A stretch of 64,000 nucleotides of DNA from Haliotis rufescens (Eukaryota): contig NW_025964112.1 of the NCBI RefSeq assembly GCF_023055435.1, forward strand, positions 42,780,001-42,844,000, in the 5' to 3' direction. The position numbers and the translations under genes were made by a program. The notes beneath the pieces are model-generated. The model was not told the DNA's origin. It saw only the letters and a list, made by a program, of their open reading frames with translations, and searched no databases. Positions 52,055 to 64,000 of the stretch are shown here, piece by piece. Every line of letters starts with the position of its first letter. Within the stretch, counting starts at the first letter, position 1.

Positions 52055-53407
52055 ATGCCACGTCTTGATGCTGCCACAAGGAACATCGCCATTGGAAGAC
52101 TGCAGGCTGGAGAGTCCCTGAATGTTAGCCAAAGCACAACATCACGGCCTGCAGCTCGCTACAACCAAACAGGCACAACAAATGACCGTCCCCGTACAGG
52201 AAGACCTAGAGTCACCTCACCAGCCCAGGATCGCTACATCCGGGTCCTCCATTTGCGTGACCGTACTGCTACGGGTGAGAGCACTGCAGCCAGGGTGCCA
52301 GGACTTAGGTGAGGTGAAATTGGGTTTAACGTCGCGTCCAAGATTATTGCACTTATATAGCGACGTGCATGCACGTGTGTGTGTGTGTGTGTGTGTGGCT
52401 GCTTGTACTAGTCCGGACTGATGCCGATTTATAGTGCTAGCTCACTGAGATACCATGCCGCAGTTTAACATGAATACCCCACTCAGACACAGTATACTGA
52501 CTCCGAGCCAACCAGTCCTTGTTTTAGCCCCTTAATGTCGAGCGCCAGACAGGGTAACAACAAGTACCATCTTTTAACGTCTTTTGGTATGACGCGGCCG
52601 GGGATCGAACCCCGGACCTTCCGCTCTCCGGGACGCTCTACCACAAGACCACGGAGGCGGCGGCCAGGACTTAGGAGGATATCAGGCCAGACTGTACGGA
52701 ACAGGCTGAGAGAACATGGACTGAGAGCCAGGAGACCCTACGTCGGGAACGTGCTACGTCGTCACCATCGTGCTCATCGTCTCCGTTGGTGTAACAACGT
52801 GACTGCCTGGAACCTTCGCAACTGGCGACGCATTTGGTTTAGCGATGAGTCCAGATTCCTGTTGCAGAGACGTGATGGTAGGAACCGGGTCTACAGCCGT
52901 GTTCATGAACGTTATGCCCTTAACTGCGTGCGTCAAGTGGACAGATTTGGTGGAGGGAGTGTGATGATGCGGGCGACAATATCCTACACTGATTGTACCG
53001 ATCTTGTCAACGTCCAGGGAAACCTGACGGCTGTACGCTACAGAGACACCATCCTGCTACCACACCTCCTGCCAGCCATTGACGTCCAACGTGAGATTTT
53101 CCAGCAGGACAACGCACGGCCCCACACGGCACGTGTCACAATGACCTTTCTCGCTGCTAAGAATGTCAACGTGCTCCCCTGGCCGTCCCGTTCCCCGGAT
53201 CTTAACCCAATAGAGCACCTGTGGGATGAACTTGATCGCCGTCTCCGTCAGCGTCAACATCAACCCCAAACTCTCCAGGCACTAGCTGCATTTCTGCAGG
53301 AGGAGTGGCGGAGGATTCCCCAGGCCGTTATCCAGCGTCTCATCCAGTCCATGGCAAGGCGTGTGAGAACTGTTATTCGTGCACGTTGTGGGCACAACAT
53401 ATATTGA
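52055..53407 (+). pseudogene. Tc1 transposase split by SINE insertion (52055-52309 plus 52676-53407, 328 aa when rejoined)
   Basis: Removing the SINE and one TSD copy restores the frame VPGLR-RISGQ. Confidence 0.9.
52310..52662 (-). mobile_element. Family B tRNA-derived SINE (Meta/RUDI-like), full length
   Basis: 13-bp TSD GCCAGGACTTAGG (52297-52309, 52663-52675); A/B boxes; gtcataccaaaagacgttaaaagatggtacttgttg core; (CTCAC)n tail. Confidence 0.92.
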
Positions 53408-53719
53408 TACTCCATTCACGTTTGAGGAATATTGTGAATGCCTTACCTCAAGTTATGGACATCATTGTATAGACATTGATCTCTCCTAAACGGATGTAAA
53501 ATTTCATGTACTTAAGTTCATTTCCTACCAAGTTATTCATGTTTGAATATACAACATTTTCTCAGCAAATACGGGTTATGCGTTTCTTTTTTTTAATAGT
53601 ATAGATATACTGACATACACAGCATAGTTGATTGAATTCATTTTCGGAATTAAATGATCCGCGTTTTGGATGTGTTTGGGCGCCATGTTTCATACTTGTG
53701 ATTTTATTGTTCTCCACAG

Positions 53720-53871
53720 ATACAGAAAACGAGCAAGTCGTCGTTGATGCACTTGTTCAAGAATCTGACGAAGCTGCGAAACCAGGCGTCGTTCGAATAC
53801 GGAGACTATGTCCGCTCCGTCGACGACAGCAGCGTGGTGTCATTCGTCAGAGAGTACGATGGAGAGAAAGG
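53720..53871 (+). CDS. SLC3A1: SLC3 exon 9 (IQKTSKSSLMHLFKNLTKLRNQASFEYGDY...VSFVREYDGEKG)
   Basis: ctccacag| ... gg|gtaata, phase 0-2. Confidence 0.9.
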
Positions 53872-54044
53872 GTAATAGTTTATAATCCCCGCCAACAAAT
53901 GTTAATCTACTAGCGTAACGACTTAGTAAGAATATTGTGTCGTGTCGCGATTCTGCCGATCTGACATAACAAGCTTAAAGTCGTTCACAGTACATGAATA
54001 TACTTCACAGGTCTATGACTAGATACCAAGGGTCCAACGACATG

Positions 54045-54211
54045 AGGGGCGGTCGGGTAGCCTAGTGGTTAAAGCGTTCGCTTGTCACGCCGAAGATCCG
54101 GGTTCGATTCCCGACATGGGTACAATGTCTGAAGCCCATTTCTGGTGTCCCCCGCCGTGATATTCCTGGAATATTGCTAAAAGCGGCGTAAAACCAAACT
54201 CACTCACTCAC
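54045..54211 (+). mobile_element. Family A short tRNA(Asp-like)-derived SINE
   Basis: A box TAGCCTAGTGG, B box GGTTCGATTCC, GTC anticodon-like loop, (CACT)n tail, 12-bp TSD TCCAACGACATG. Confidence 0.92.
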
Positions 54212-54282
54212 TCCAACGACATGTAACTCAAGGTTTATCAATATATTTACACGGACATTAAATTTCCAAGAATAGGTACCAA

Positions 54283-54510
54283 ACTGCCGTGCAAAAGAAA
54301 GTATACACTTGAAAATTGGATTTGACCAAAACATTACAAACATTATCAAAACGTTACTAGGCTGAAAACAGTCGCCGAAACACTGCACTTTTAAGGTCCA
54401 AAACACAACTATGATACCCGTATCAAATACATCACCACCCAATAACCATTTATTTCTTGTAGTTTTTAGCCAAAATCAAACATGGGTGTACTTTCTTTTG
54501 CTCGGCAGTT
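54283..54510. mobile_element. MITE family with ACTGCCGGGCAAAGGAAAGTATACA-type TIRs; copies at about 38968-39193 and 58948-59157, related end at about 24622
   Basis: TIRs and a shared interior in three copies. Confidence 0.75.
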
Positions 54511-55284
54511 TATATGTTCAGATATACTAGGACCATAAATAGATACCTCCGCTCCATGAATTTATATCATAGGTAAACACATTTTAAGGGTTCACAGATA
54601 AACAAAGGGCCAATGACTATATATAGGTACCTAATGAAACACATAAAATAAATGTACACTTCCGGTCGGATTGCATAATATTGAGTTCCATTTAGGGAAA
54701 GCCATGTTCAGTTCAGCGCACCTTTTTAAACAGATTGGAATTTAGAAGGGGTTAGACTTGATGTTAAGTCCCAGAAATAAAGTTATCTTCTTTAAAAATT
54801 TATATTAATCAATTGATAAAATTCAAATGAAACCCAGAACAATAATTAATTTCAGGAGCTGAGGCAATGTAGACTTGTCAAACCATTCTAGACTTGAGTT
54901 GGACTCCGTTTTTAATTTGTTCTCCAGGGTCTGGGATACAGACTTAAGGGGGTATATTTCGACCATAACCACGCAATAAATAGATCGCTAGTAATAGAAT
55001 TACTCCTTCGAAGTATTTACTTGTAATCTGCTGAACAAGTGAGTAAATTGTTGTGGGTTTTTAACGATGCTGATAGATATAAAAATGTATACAAGTAGCC
55101 CAGTAAGTTAAGTATAACACCAATTCCAGTATGGGCTAAATGACTATTTCATTGGAGCTTTTATGATGACGTAAGACCGATACACGCCGCAAAAAGAGAA
55201 TATAGAAGATGAAGATGTCAACTGTCTTCATCAACAATACAACTTCGCAATTGTCACTAAAATTGTCGTCTTTAATACTTTCAG

Positions 55285-55495
55285 ATTTCTGGTCGCCATT
55301 AACTTCGGCAGCGGCAAAGAAACACGAAAATACAAGGGCACCCACTACACAATTCCGGAAGAAGCCGATGTTGAGCTGACGACAGAAAACGGTGTTAAGC
55401 TGCAAGTCGGCAACACTGCTTCTTTAACCAGTCTCGAACTCGGTCCATATCAGGGCGTGGTCCTATCTTGGGAGTACGTCGCAAAGGAACTATAG
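55285..55495 (+). CDS. SLC3A1: SLC3 terminal exon 10 (FLVAINFG...LELGPYQGVVLSWEYVAKEL*)
   Basis: ctttcag| phase 2; GH13 domain C; TAG at 55493-55495. The joined CDS is 1968 nt, 655 aa, with no internal stop. Confidence 0.9.
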
Positions 55496-56690
55496 TGTTC
55501 CACAAAGTTCCGCAATACAGAAAGCATAATGACAGTGTATTAACCAGAAAACAAAGAGGACAGCTGTATCCCACTGTACGCCTTCGCTAAGCAGTGCGTA
55601 ATATATATCAACCTACTGGCACGCAATATATTTTAAAGGTTGAATGTTGTATTCACAATATATTACGAAGAACTATTTACTTGGTTCACACATGGAAATA
55701 CGTCCCGGCAATAAGTCATATGGCAATAAGGCTATAAGATGAAAAACGTTTCAACAATTAACACAAGACTAAACATAATGTCATACGTTGTAAATGAGAA
55801 AGGAATATAAAAAGAAACCTTACAGAAAGAAAGGTAACATTTTTAGGTAAAAATAGTTATCAAAGTTAAGGAACACAAATACATTAGTTTTTTACATTTA
55901 GTTTGCCCCTCAAGATTTATGTGATCTCAGATATATATGTCTCGGGCGAAATCCTTTTGTATGATGACATCACTGTCAATTTGATAAAAATGTACTCTAT
56001 TATTTTGATAAATAAAGAATGGCATTTTGACGCAAAACACATATTTTTTTAAAAATCTGAATCCTACGAAAGGTTTTCGGCGTTTGCGTACGCCGTTACA
56101 TGGACTTGGTATTTGCACCAACCCGGATTCTTTGATCACAATTCATTGCCCCGACCCACAAAGCGTTCGGCAACCAAACCGACGGGTGCAACTAGTCCAC
56201 AGCTCAGTAGCCTAACTACATGTAGGCGTTTGAATTGTGTTTACTTGAAACCCCAGCGCTAAAAATCAGGAATGTGTGTTGTTGTTTTTTAAAGTTCCAG
56301 TTTAAAGGTTTTTTTAATTAAAACCAGGCCTGATAAAATGGATTACACATAACAAATCGTTTCCCTGCTTGGCTAAAACAAGTGGTACATTTTGTTTGAT
56401 ATATTAATATTCACGGGTTAAGTGTGTGGCTTGTTACCATGTAGACGCTAAAAACGTTTAACATGACTTATTCGAACTTTTATTTGTTGTCATCATACCG
56501 GGTCTACATTCTTCCACAATTGAAGACTACCGAACGTTTTGAGAGAAAAACACTCACAAAGCAACGGATGAAAGCAGAAAGGTCATAGGTTCTAAAACGT
56601 CAATGATATGTACAAGTTTAGAACAAGCGGATCATCGTGTCTTTACCAAACCAATGCGCAGGACAGAGGTACACGTACAGTTTGTAAAGG

Positions 56691-57095
56691 TACGGAAGCC
56701 TTTTAGGGCCAATTGATTTAAAAAAAATTCATAATAGCATAGCATGGATACTAAGGTGAAATTTCAAGATACATACTAATTTGAAATTTCATGATAACAA
56801 TCTTGCAATTTCAAGATAAGAAGTTGAAATTTTAAGATTATAACTTGAAATTTCAACTTAGTACCTATGCTATGCTATTAGGAAATTTCAAGAAGCTTAG
56901 TAAAAATTTCAAGATGCTTTGTTGAAATTTCAAGATACATAAGTTGAAATTTCAAGGTAACAAGTCGATATTTCAACTTATCGTGAAATTTCAAGATCAT
57001 TATCTTACGATTCTAATTAGTATGTATCTTGAAATTTCAACTTAGTATCTTGAAATTTAAAGAAAAAAATCAAATTGCCCAAAAAGGCGTCTATA
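56691..57095. mobile_element. TIR element filled with TTGAAATTTCAA palindromic repeats
   Basis: TACGGAAGCCTTTTAGGGCCAATTGATTT / AAATCAAATTGCCCAAAAAGGCGTCTATA ends; more than 10 internal gaaatttcaa units. Confidence 0.65.
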
Positions 57096-57477
57096 TCAAT
57101 GTCACAATTTCAAAACCAGCATGCATTACAATATCTTGACTGAACCTTGACTGAAAATGGGCAATTGATCCTTGAGCATAGTCACCCCGTTGACGTTTCT
57201 ACTCTACGCGACGAAAGTGTTCCGTGTCCAGACGTTGTAATTTCGGGTAATCAATAGGTTTGTCAACACCGTACCCGTGCTCGTGGGTTTCTCCGATGTG
57301 GTAAACGTCTGAGACCTGTATCACCTCTGGCTTTCTTCCCACATTAAACTGACACACTGGGATGTAACTGAAATACTGTTCAAAGCTGCGCTAAACCACT
57401 CACTCACTCACTCACATGTACAAAAGTGTACCCTGGTCGAAATGACACCAAAGCGGCTGGTCGACATTGTTTCAATC

Positions 57478-58205
57478 ATTATTATTATTTACAGATTAAA
57501 ACAAATAAATACAGCAAAGAGGGTTTGTGTGACCCTGGCACAGTCAGGCTGGTGAGGCTCATCGTCAGCTCAGGGCCCTTGCCTCCTCTACACGCAGACC
57601 AGACAGCGAATGGGACTTCTCCTGGGAAGCGCTGCCCAGTCAAATCCACCCAGGACTATTCGGACAATGTGAAGACCCCAACACGGCAGCCTTCTGCATT
57701 ACCCAGATTGACAGAAAGGCTGGTAGCAGACCCGGGTACTCTCCCAATGCCAGTCAACAGATTGCGAGGTACCAAACCTAACTCACGAGGATAATGGGGA
57801 GTCGGACAACTTGGTACTAGGGATGCAAGGCTGCCATTTCGAAAGCGAGGTCCGCACATTTGCTATGTCTTTTCCTGAATCTTGTGAATGACATTAGTGT
57901 CAAAAGGGACAGAAAATTCAACAATATAAATGATTTCATTGGATTTATCAAAAAGGACCAGATCAGGTTTGTTGGCCCGGATAAGTCTGAGGCTACGGGC
58001 CCCATTCCAAAGAATTTTGTATTTATCATTTTCCTTGACGCCCTCTACATATTCAGGGTCGAACCATGGATGGACCTTTGTGTCAAAACCATAAGCATGG
58101 CGAAGACGGCAATAAAAGGATCGAACCACTCCATCCTTTCGCTTAAGATACTGTGTTTGTGCCAAAGCTGGGCATCCACTGACAATGTGTTGAACAGACT
58201 CATCA
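57478..58205 (-). mobile_element. 5'-truncated R4/Dong-like non-LTR retrotransposon (restriction-like endonuclease region plus 3' UTR)
   Basis: HIVSGC zinc-knuckle end, YLKR(K)D (RHD position), KILW, NKPDLV, IVEFSVP, K..EK; frameshifted; 3' end in (TAA)n. Confidence 0.8.
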
Positions 58206-59319
58206 AATTCTTCTTATTAATATATTATTAAATGTCATTTCTGAATTCACGCAGAGAACAGCATATTCGTGTTTAACCCAATGTTAAGCTGACATACAAT
58301 GCCAAAACATCACAAAACAACACAGTTGAAATAAGAAACCTTTATCGCAAAAGATTAACAGATACCTTTCAAGTGTGTAAAAGTCCTGTACAAACAAAAT
58401 GAAGAACATCATTCACTTCAGCACATAAGCACTTGGAGCATCAATAAAATGTCAAAACACTTAAGAACACTCAGCACATGAATGAAACGCTGTGAACATC
58501 GGGCTAAATAAGTGATACTCGTTGTGTTGAGAATCATAGGACTCATTTTCACGAATGGCAGTGCGAACATGGCCATACAATATACATATATGTACAGTTA
58601 AGCGAAACATTGATTGCCTCAAGGCATAAATGTTTAATATATATATAAGGATTATTTGATTGGTACTGGACATAAGCTGTATCGGGATGTTACCGAAAGT
58701 TAACATTAAATTGAACGTCTAAGTATGCAGAAATTAGAATTCTTTTATACAAATGCAGAATATGTATGTATTTGGACAATGTTGAAGTAAACTTTCAGTA
58801 GAACAAGATTTTGCAAATGCGGTTGTGGCGAATGCCAATATGTTGCACATAAGGACATACATTGATAAGCGTATGATTGCACCATGACAATGAGTCTTGT
58901 ATATTAACGTCATGCATAATTACACCAACTTAGGAAATTCACAAGTAAACTGCCGGACAAAAGAAAGTATAGCTACATGTTTGATGGTAGCTGACAATGA
59001 AACAAGCAAAATGGTTATTGGATGGTGATGTATACGGGTATAAAAGTTATGTTGTGGATATTAAGTTTGCGAGTGTTTCGGCGACTATTTTCAAAACGTT
59101 TCTAATGTTTTAGTGAAAACCAGTTTTGAAGTGTATACTTTATTTTGCCCAGTAGTGTGAATTGATTTACTGACAATGGCATTGTAATAGTTTGCTTCGA
59201 AACGACCACCAACAACAATGGGCTCACATGTCATTGCCTTTAACTGTTTCTGAAGCGGGGGATTAACATATTCGGAAGTAAGAAATTCAAACTTCAGTAA
59301 AATCTAAACCCTGCATAAT

Positions 59320-59870
59320 TGAAAACCTCGTTAATCTGAACACTTCATATAGTGACCTCGTTAATCAAAGTCCTGTATATATGGATACCTCGTTAATCTG
59401 AAACCTGTACATATGAAAACCTCGTTAATCATACCCATGTATATATGGTAACATTTTGCGTCTGAACCCTGTATACATGGAAACCTGGTCAGTCTGAACA
59501 ATGTACATATGTAAACCTCGTTAGTCTGGACCATGTATATGTGGAAAACTCGTTAGTCTGAACCCTGTATATATTGAAACCTGGTCAGTCTGAACCCTGT
59601 ATATATGGAAACCTCGTTAGCCTGAACCCTGTATATATGGAAACCTCGTTACTCGGAACCCTGTATAGATGGAAACCTGGTCAGTCCGAATCCTGTATAT
59701 ATGGAAACCCGGTCAGTCCGAATCCTGTATATATGGAAACCTGGTCAATCTGAACCCTGTTTATATAGAAACCTGGTCAGACCGAACCCTATATATATAA
59801 AAACCTGGTCACTCCGAACCCTGTTCATATGTATACCTCGTTAGTCTGAAACCTGCAAATATGGAAACCC
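59320..59870. repeat. 32-bp minisatellite, about 17 diverged copies
   Basis: Unit CTGAACCCTGTATATATGGAAACCT(GGTC/CGTT)AGT. Confidence 0.9.
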
Positions 59871-62351
59871 GCCTTCCGCACAAATAATGTTCTGAACAAC
59901 TATACATAAATATATACAACTCAGAACCTGATTGGTTTATTTGGAAACACGTAAATCAATGTTACTTCAGTGGGAACGGGGTTTCCGGATGAATGGGTTT
60001 TCACGACATCTTCCCAAGGAGAAACACATTTCTCATTTTAAATAGTGACGCCTATATGTTTGCTTTTCTGAATGTAAATCTTTTTCTAAAAGATTGGATT
60101 ACATATTTTGTCGAAAACAATGTGGAAAGACTCTAACATGCCTTTTCAAAGAAAATGCTTCCTTAGTTCACAAACTGGCTCTTTCATTTTTTCATGACTG
60201 AAAATAATCATCAGACTCCCCTCTTTAAACCGAAATAAACCAAGTAATACAAAAATACTTAATCCGACTAATAGTGTCGAGGACAGACCTGAGAGTAGAT
60301 GAAATGTGAGCAATCGTGATTAAACCCCGTGTGCCAACATGGTGGAAGGTGTAAACCTTACAGAGTTACGTCCCTTGAACTGACAAAGGCTCAGCAGTCT
60401 TTCTTCGGGAAGGTAGATGCGTGAATGACGTCTAGGCCGTTTGATATCGCCTTGACAATGATGGTACGCCAATATTTTAATATATGTCACAGTACAAATG
60501 TACACCAGTATATTGATGGTTATGTTTACATGGAGTTACAGTAATCATAGAGATATACCCTCTGCTTTGTGGTGAATATCAGAGCATGCTAATTATCGAG
60601 ACCTATGAAATGGTGAGTATTCCATTTAGAAACTATTTATACAAGCCGCAAGGAATTACGGTTGATCAGGCCAAGAATTAATTCCTCCTTCACGAGTGGT
60701 AAATACTACGTAATTCCGAGTTTGGAAAAGTTATTATATTTTACCGTTAACACTTTGGGATACAACGTAGAAAAATATATGTTTGTCGACCAATTCAATC
60801 AATTGTTGATACGTTGCATAAAAATATTTTGTGAACTCATGAACAATCTATGGCGTCGTTTTCAATCGAGATAATGCACTGCCAAGATGTTTCGCAAATC
60901 ATGAAAAGAAGAAACAATACACGAGGTTTTGCCAATCAGCGTGAAACAAGAAATAAACGTCATTGTGACATTTTCCAAAAACTGCTTCCCCTGTTATTGG
61001 TCTCTTCTAGGTAATATAGACGATTATTTCGACTCCACTTATCACAAATATTAGTAATAGAGATTCGGTTTAGCAATATCTAAGGTTAAGAAGTTAGGCT
61101 CACTGGTACATACACTAAACTACGTTTATAACGAACACGCTTATAACAAACTGACGGATATATCGAAATGTGTTTGATCCCGTCCATTTGCTGTGTATAT
61201 GCTTATAACGAACTACGGTTACAACGAACCAAAATAAGTGGTCCCTTTGATTTCGTTATAACCGTAGTTTACTGTACATGTATTTTGTGCTATTTTGTTT
61301 GACTGGTTAAGTAGGTTCATGGAGGCATGCAGATGTGCAAACTGAATGCACCCGACAGCTTAACAGCAATTTCTGTTCCACAACAAGCTTGCGAAACAAA
61401 TTATTAAAAAATGCATATTAATGGTTGCGTTCCCCCAGCGCGTGTGTGGAACACGTAGTAATAACCAAAATCAATATTTCAAGGCAATGTCCACCTGCAC
61501 ATAAAAAAAAGCAAAACAGCATCATCCTTTTCCTGAGAAAGAAGATAACCAAGAGGAATCATGTGATGCTGAGTAAAGCAGATAAAAAGACTAATTACTT
61601 CAGGAAATGTTTTCGTCCAACATGTATATAATGCTGACACATTACCTATTATGGCGCGTTGTCGGTTGAAGTAAATCGTTCTTCAGTCTATGGCGAAGCA
61701 GAGACTTAATGCAGGGGTAGGTCAACAATATCAACTTCATTGTGTTTGCATATAAGGGAGGACCCCCCCCCCCCCCCCCCCCCCCCTTTTGAAAACCAAA
61801 TGTAGTATGTTGTAGACAATCACCTCATCCCCACTCCCCACCCCCAAACTGAGAGAGGATTTTGATATTTTGGACCCCTCCCTTTTACAAATGCTGGATC
61901 CACCCTTAGTTTGTGTATGCCTTTCATGGAAACAGTCGTATGGAACTGAATGTAAGGTGGGGTGGTTGTGTGCCTGTATGAATGCTTGCACTATTGTAGG
62001 TATAAACAGCACCACTGCTAAATCAAGAGATAACAGGGACTTTACAGTATTGATTGTTCTTGTGACTTCTGGGACTGAAGCGCTCATAAAATCAATTTAA
62101 TTACCCATATCTTGGTCATTCCCTCGGTCGACATTGTTGTCTGTATATATTCATACGTCCTGTTGTATGCAATATTGATTATTCGAGCTGTGAAATATAT
62201 TTGTAAATAACGACAAACCACACCAATGAACTCGGTCTGCCAATGTGAATATGTTAAAAATGGTAAAAAACAGTTAAGCAAAATCACCTTTCCATCTTTC
62301 AAACTTGTTTCACAGGAGACAGATCACATTTCTAGCTACGAGTCATATAGA

Positions 62352-62869
62352 CATCGTCCCGAGGCAAGGGAGTTAACTGATTCTAAAAGTCCAGTTTTCA
62401 ACCTTGCCTAACTGGGCTGGAATTTCAAGGCTCGATCGTAGCGCCAACATTGGCTATTACGAGTCATGTCCCTCCTATTGACCAATCAGAGTCCACCTAT
62501 TATATTGCTTCCATTTGCTTCAAACAAAATGGCGGCCCCAGTCAAGACGATCTGATCGATGATCAAGATGTATATTGTAATAAAACGAGTATTTCCTCGC
62601 GAAGTGCATCAAATTACTTGAGCACCTTGATCAAGAACATGTAGCGATTTGGTAAATATCTGTCAACGCCGAGTTGACGGTACACATGCTTTTAAAATCC
62701 TGCAATCGACTGAAATCAGCACTGCAGGTTACAAACCGGATGTCGATTTCGTTACGCGATATTGATTGGACTATGGCTAGACTCGTTAATCCAGCTAAAA
62801 AGTAACTCCGAAATTCCAGTCTCGTTCGGCAAGGGTGGAAACTGACAACTCCCTTGTCTCGGGAAGATG
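62352..62869. mobile_element. MITE with long TIRs; a partial inverted copy at about 22750-23076
   Basis: CATC(G/T)TCCCGAGGCAAGGGAGTT ... AACTCCCTTGTCTCGGGAAGATG; possible 2-bp TSD GA. Confidence 0.8.
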
Positions 62870-63554
62870 GACATAGAAGGCCTGAGAATATTGTAACGTT
62901 GTACAGCTTTAAACATACCCATGCTTAAACTTTGTCAAATACCTTCAATGGCTCTCTGTTAGTCTTGTCTGATTCATGGCAGGCATGCAAATTCAATACA
63001 TATATAATAATCATATTCATAAGAATTAATGATATTGGTCACAGTTCGTTCACACACGCCATACCAACTATTTGCTATCATTTGGTATATGCTAAGTTTA
63101 ACATTTTGTACCTTGTAACTTTGTATCTACATGTAAAAGTATTTAACAATCACATAAAATGTATATAATGTGGATAGAAAGGCATAATAATATTCACATA
63201 ACACACGTCCAAACATTCGAAATAGAAATAGGTATAATGCAATATAGTCTAACTCCGTTGTCTCGAATATATTCGAGGCAACCGGTATATTCGACACATC
63301 CAGTTCGACACACCCGGGTTAAAACAGTACATACTGTGTAAGAGATTGCTGAAACGGGACACAACCGGGATTCGGCACATCCGAGACAACGAGGTTCGAC
63401 TGCGTGTATATATTTGAAACAAACCAATGACGTCACAGTCACTGTCAACAATGATCAGAACAACTGTCCCTTGTATGGCACATTCTTCAGTATAATGTCT
63501 ACAGGCAGCTAGTATTTCACTACTCTAAGCAATACTACACTATATCAACAAGCA

Positions 63555-64000
63555 TTAAATAGAAATAGCATAGTATACTAATGTATTCAAAGGTTTGTAA
63601 TCTTCAACGTTGTACCTATAAATGCACATTTCGTGACGGTCGTCAAAGTTTGACTGAGTCACAACGACTCTGCCCAGAGGAGAGAAGGTAACACATTTAG
63701 GCGACGAAAGTCCGTCTTTTGGAGTGAATATGTCCCAGAGGCGTCCATTCTTGGTCAAAATATACACTGTACTGTTGCATATAACAATAGTATTTCCATC
63801 GGTGTCTGTGCATAGGCCTTGGAGTGACACAAACGTTTCTTCCGCCGGTAACCGGAACTCGTTCAGAGAAAACGTGCGCAGCAGTTTTCCTTCGAAATGG
63901 AAGATTTTTATTGCGCTGTTGCCAGCGTCTGAGACGATTATTTGTTTGTTTTTGTTCACAGCAACGAAATAAGGATGGTCGAATTCTCTGGCATCGTCGC
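63555..64000 (-). CDS. C-terminal part of an NHL-repeat beta-propeller protein (TRIM2/3/71-like); runs off the window edge
   Basis: Open to the edge: FDHPYFVAVNKNKQIIVSDAGNSAIKIF, LQGLCTDTDGNTIV and LSSPKCVTFSPLGRVVVT are NHL blades; stop at 63555. Confidence 0.85.
   Translation of the reverse strand, partial: DDAREFDHPYFVAVNKNKQIIVSDAGNSAIKIFHFEGKLLRTFSLNEFRLPAEETFVSLQGLCTDTDGNTIVICNSTVYILTKNGRLWDIFTPKDGLSSPKCVTFSPLGRVVVTQSNFDDRHEMCIYRYNVEDYKPLNTLVYYAISI

Larger units (their letters stand above)
51725..53601 (+). mobile_element. Tc1/mariner DD34E transposon in SLC3 intron 8, interrupted by a SINE
   Basis: About 25-bp TIRs TACTATCGAAAAAAAGAAACGCATA / TATGCGTTTCTTTTTTTTAATAGTA with TA on both sides; transposase motifs GRPR, WFSDESRF, QQDNARPH-34-E, SPDLNPIEHLW. 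Confidence 0.95.

Noticed and set aside
52535-52675. N-terminus MSSARQGNNKYHLL... of the 290-aa transposase ORF, and similar ORFs at 6614, 6825 and 46981
   Set aside because: Antisense translation of the family B SINE.
54045-54120. tRNA genes at SINE heads (also 14260, 50286, and the inverted B boxes at about 27200-27250)
   Set aside because: A/B boxes are present, but there is no proper acceptor stem, and most continue into SINE bodies with tails and TSDs.

Overview
Eukaryotic, AT-rich, repeat-dense animal DNA, most likely a mollusc judging by the Meta/RUDI-type SINE; two N gaps. Three protein-coding genes can be supported. (1) An unrecognised minus-strand gene (about 1552-28389, about 368 aa) that the ORF track misses. 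It has a 10-nt start exon, a 209-nt exon, eight consecutive phase-0 microexons of 30-42 nt and a 600-nt terminal exon, and encodes a basic, low-complexity, phosphosite-rich protein. (2) A complete 10-coding-exon plus-strand SLC3 heavy chain (rBAT/4F2hc family, 44173-55495, 655 aa) whose GH13 catalytic residues are substituted. (3) The last exon of a convergent NHL-repeat gene at the right edge. The rest is mobile DNA: three tRNA-headed SINE families, a tRNA-headless short retroelement with a precise and structured 5' end, a DD34E Tc1 element interrupted by a SINE, a Dong/R4-like LINE fragment in (TAA)n, Penelope-like RT fragments with a recurrent structured 3' motif, several MITEs and minisatellites. 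Gene models were built by hand from splice signals and frame continuity. No database search or folding computation was run.
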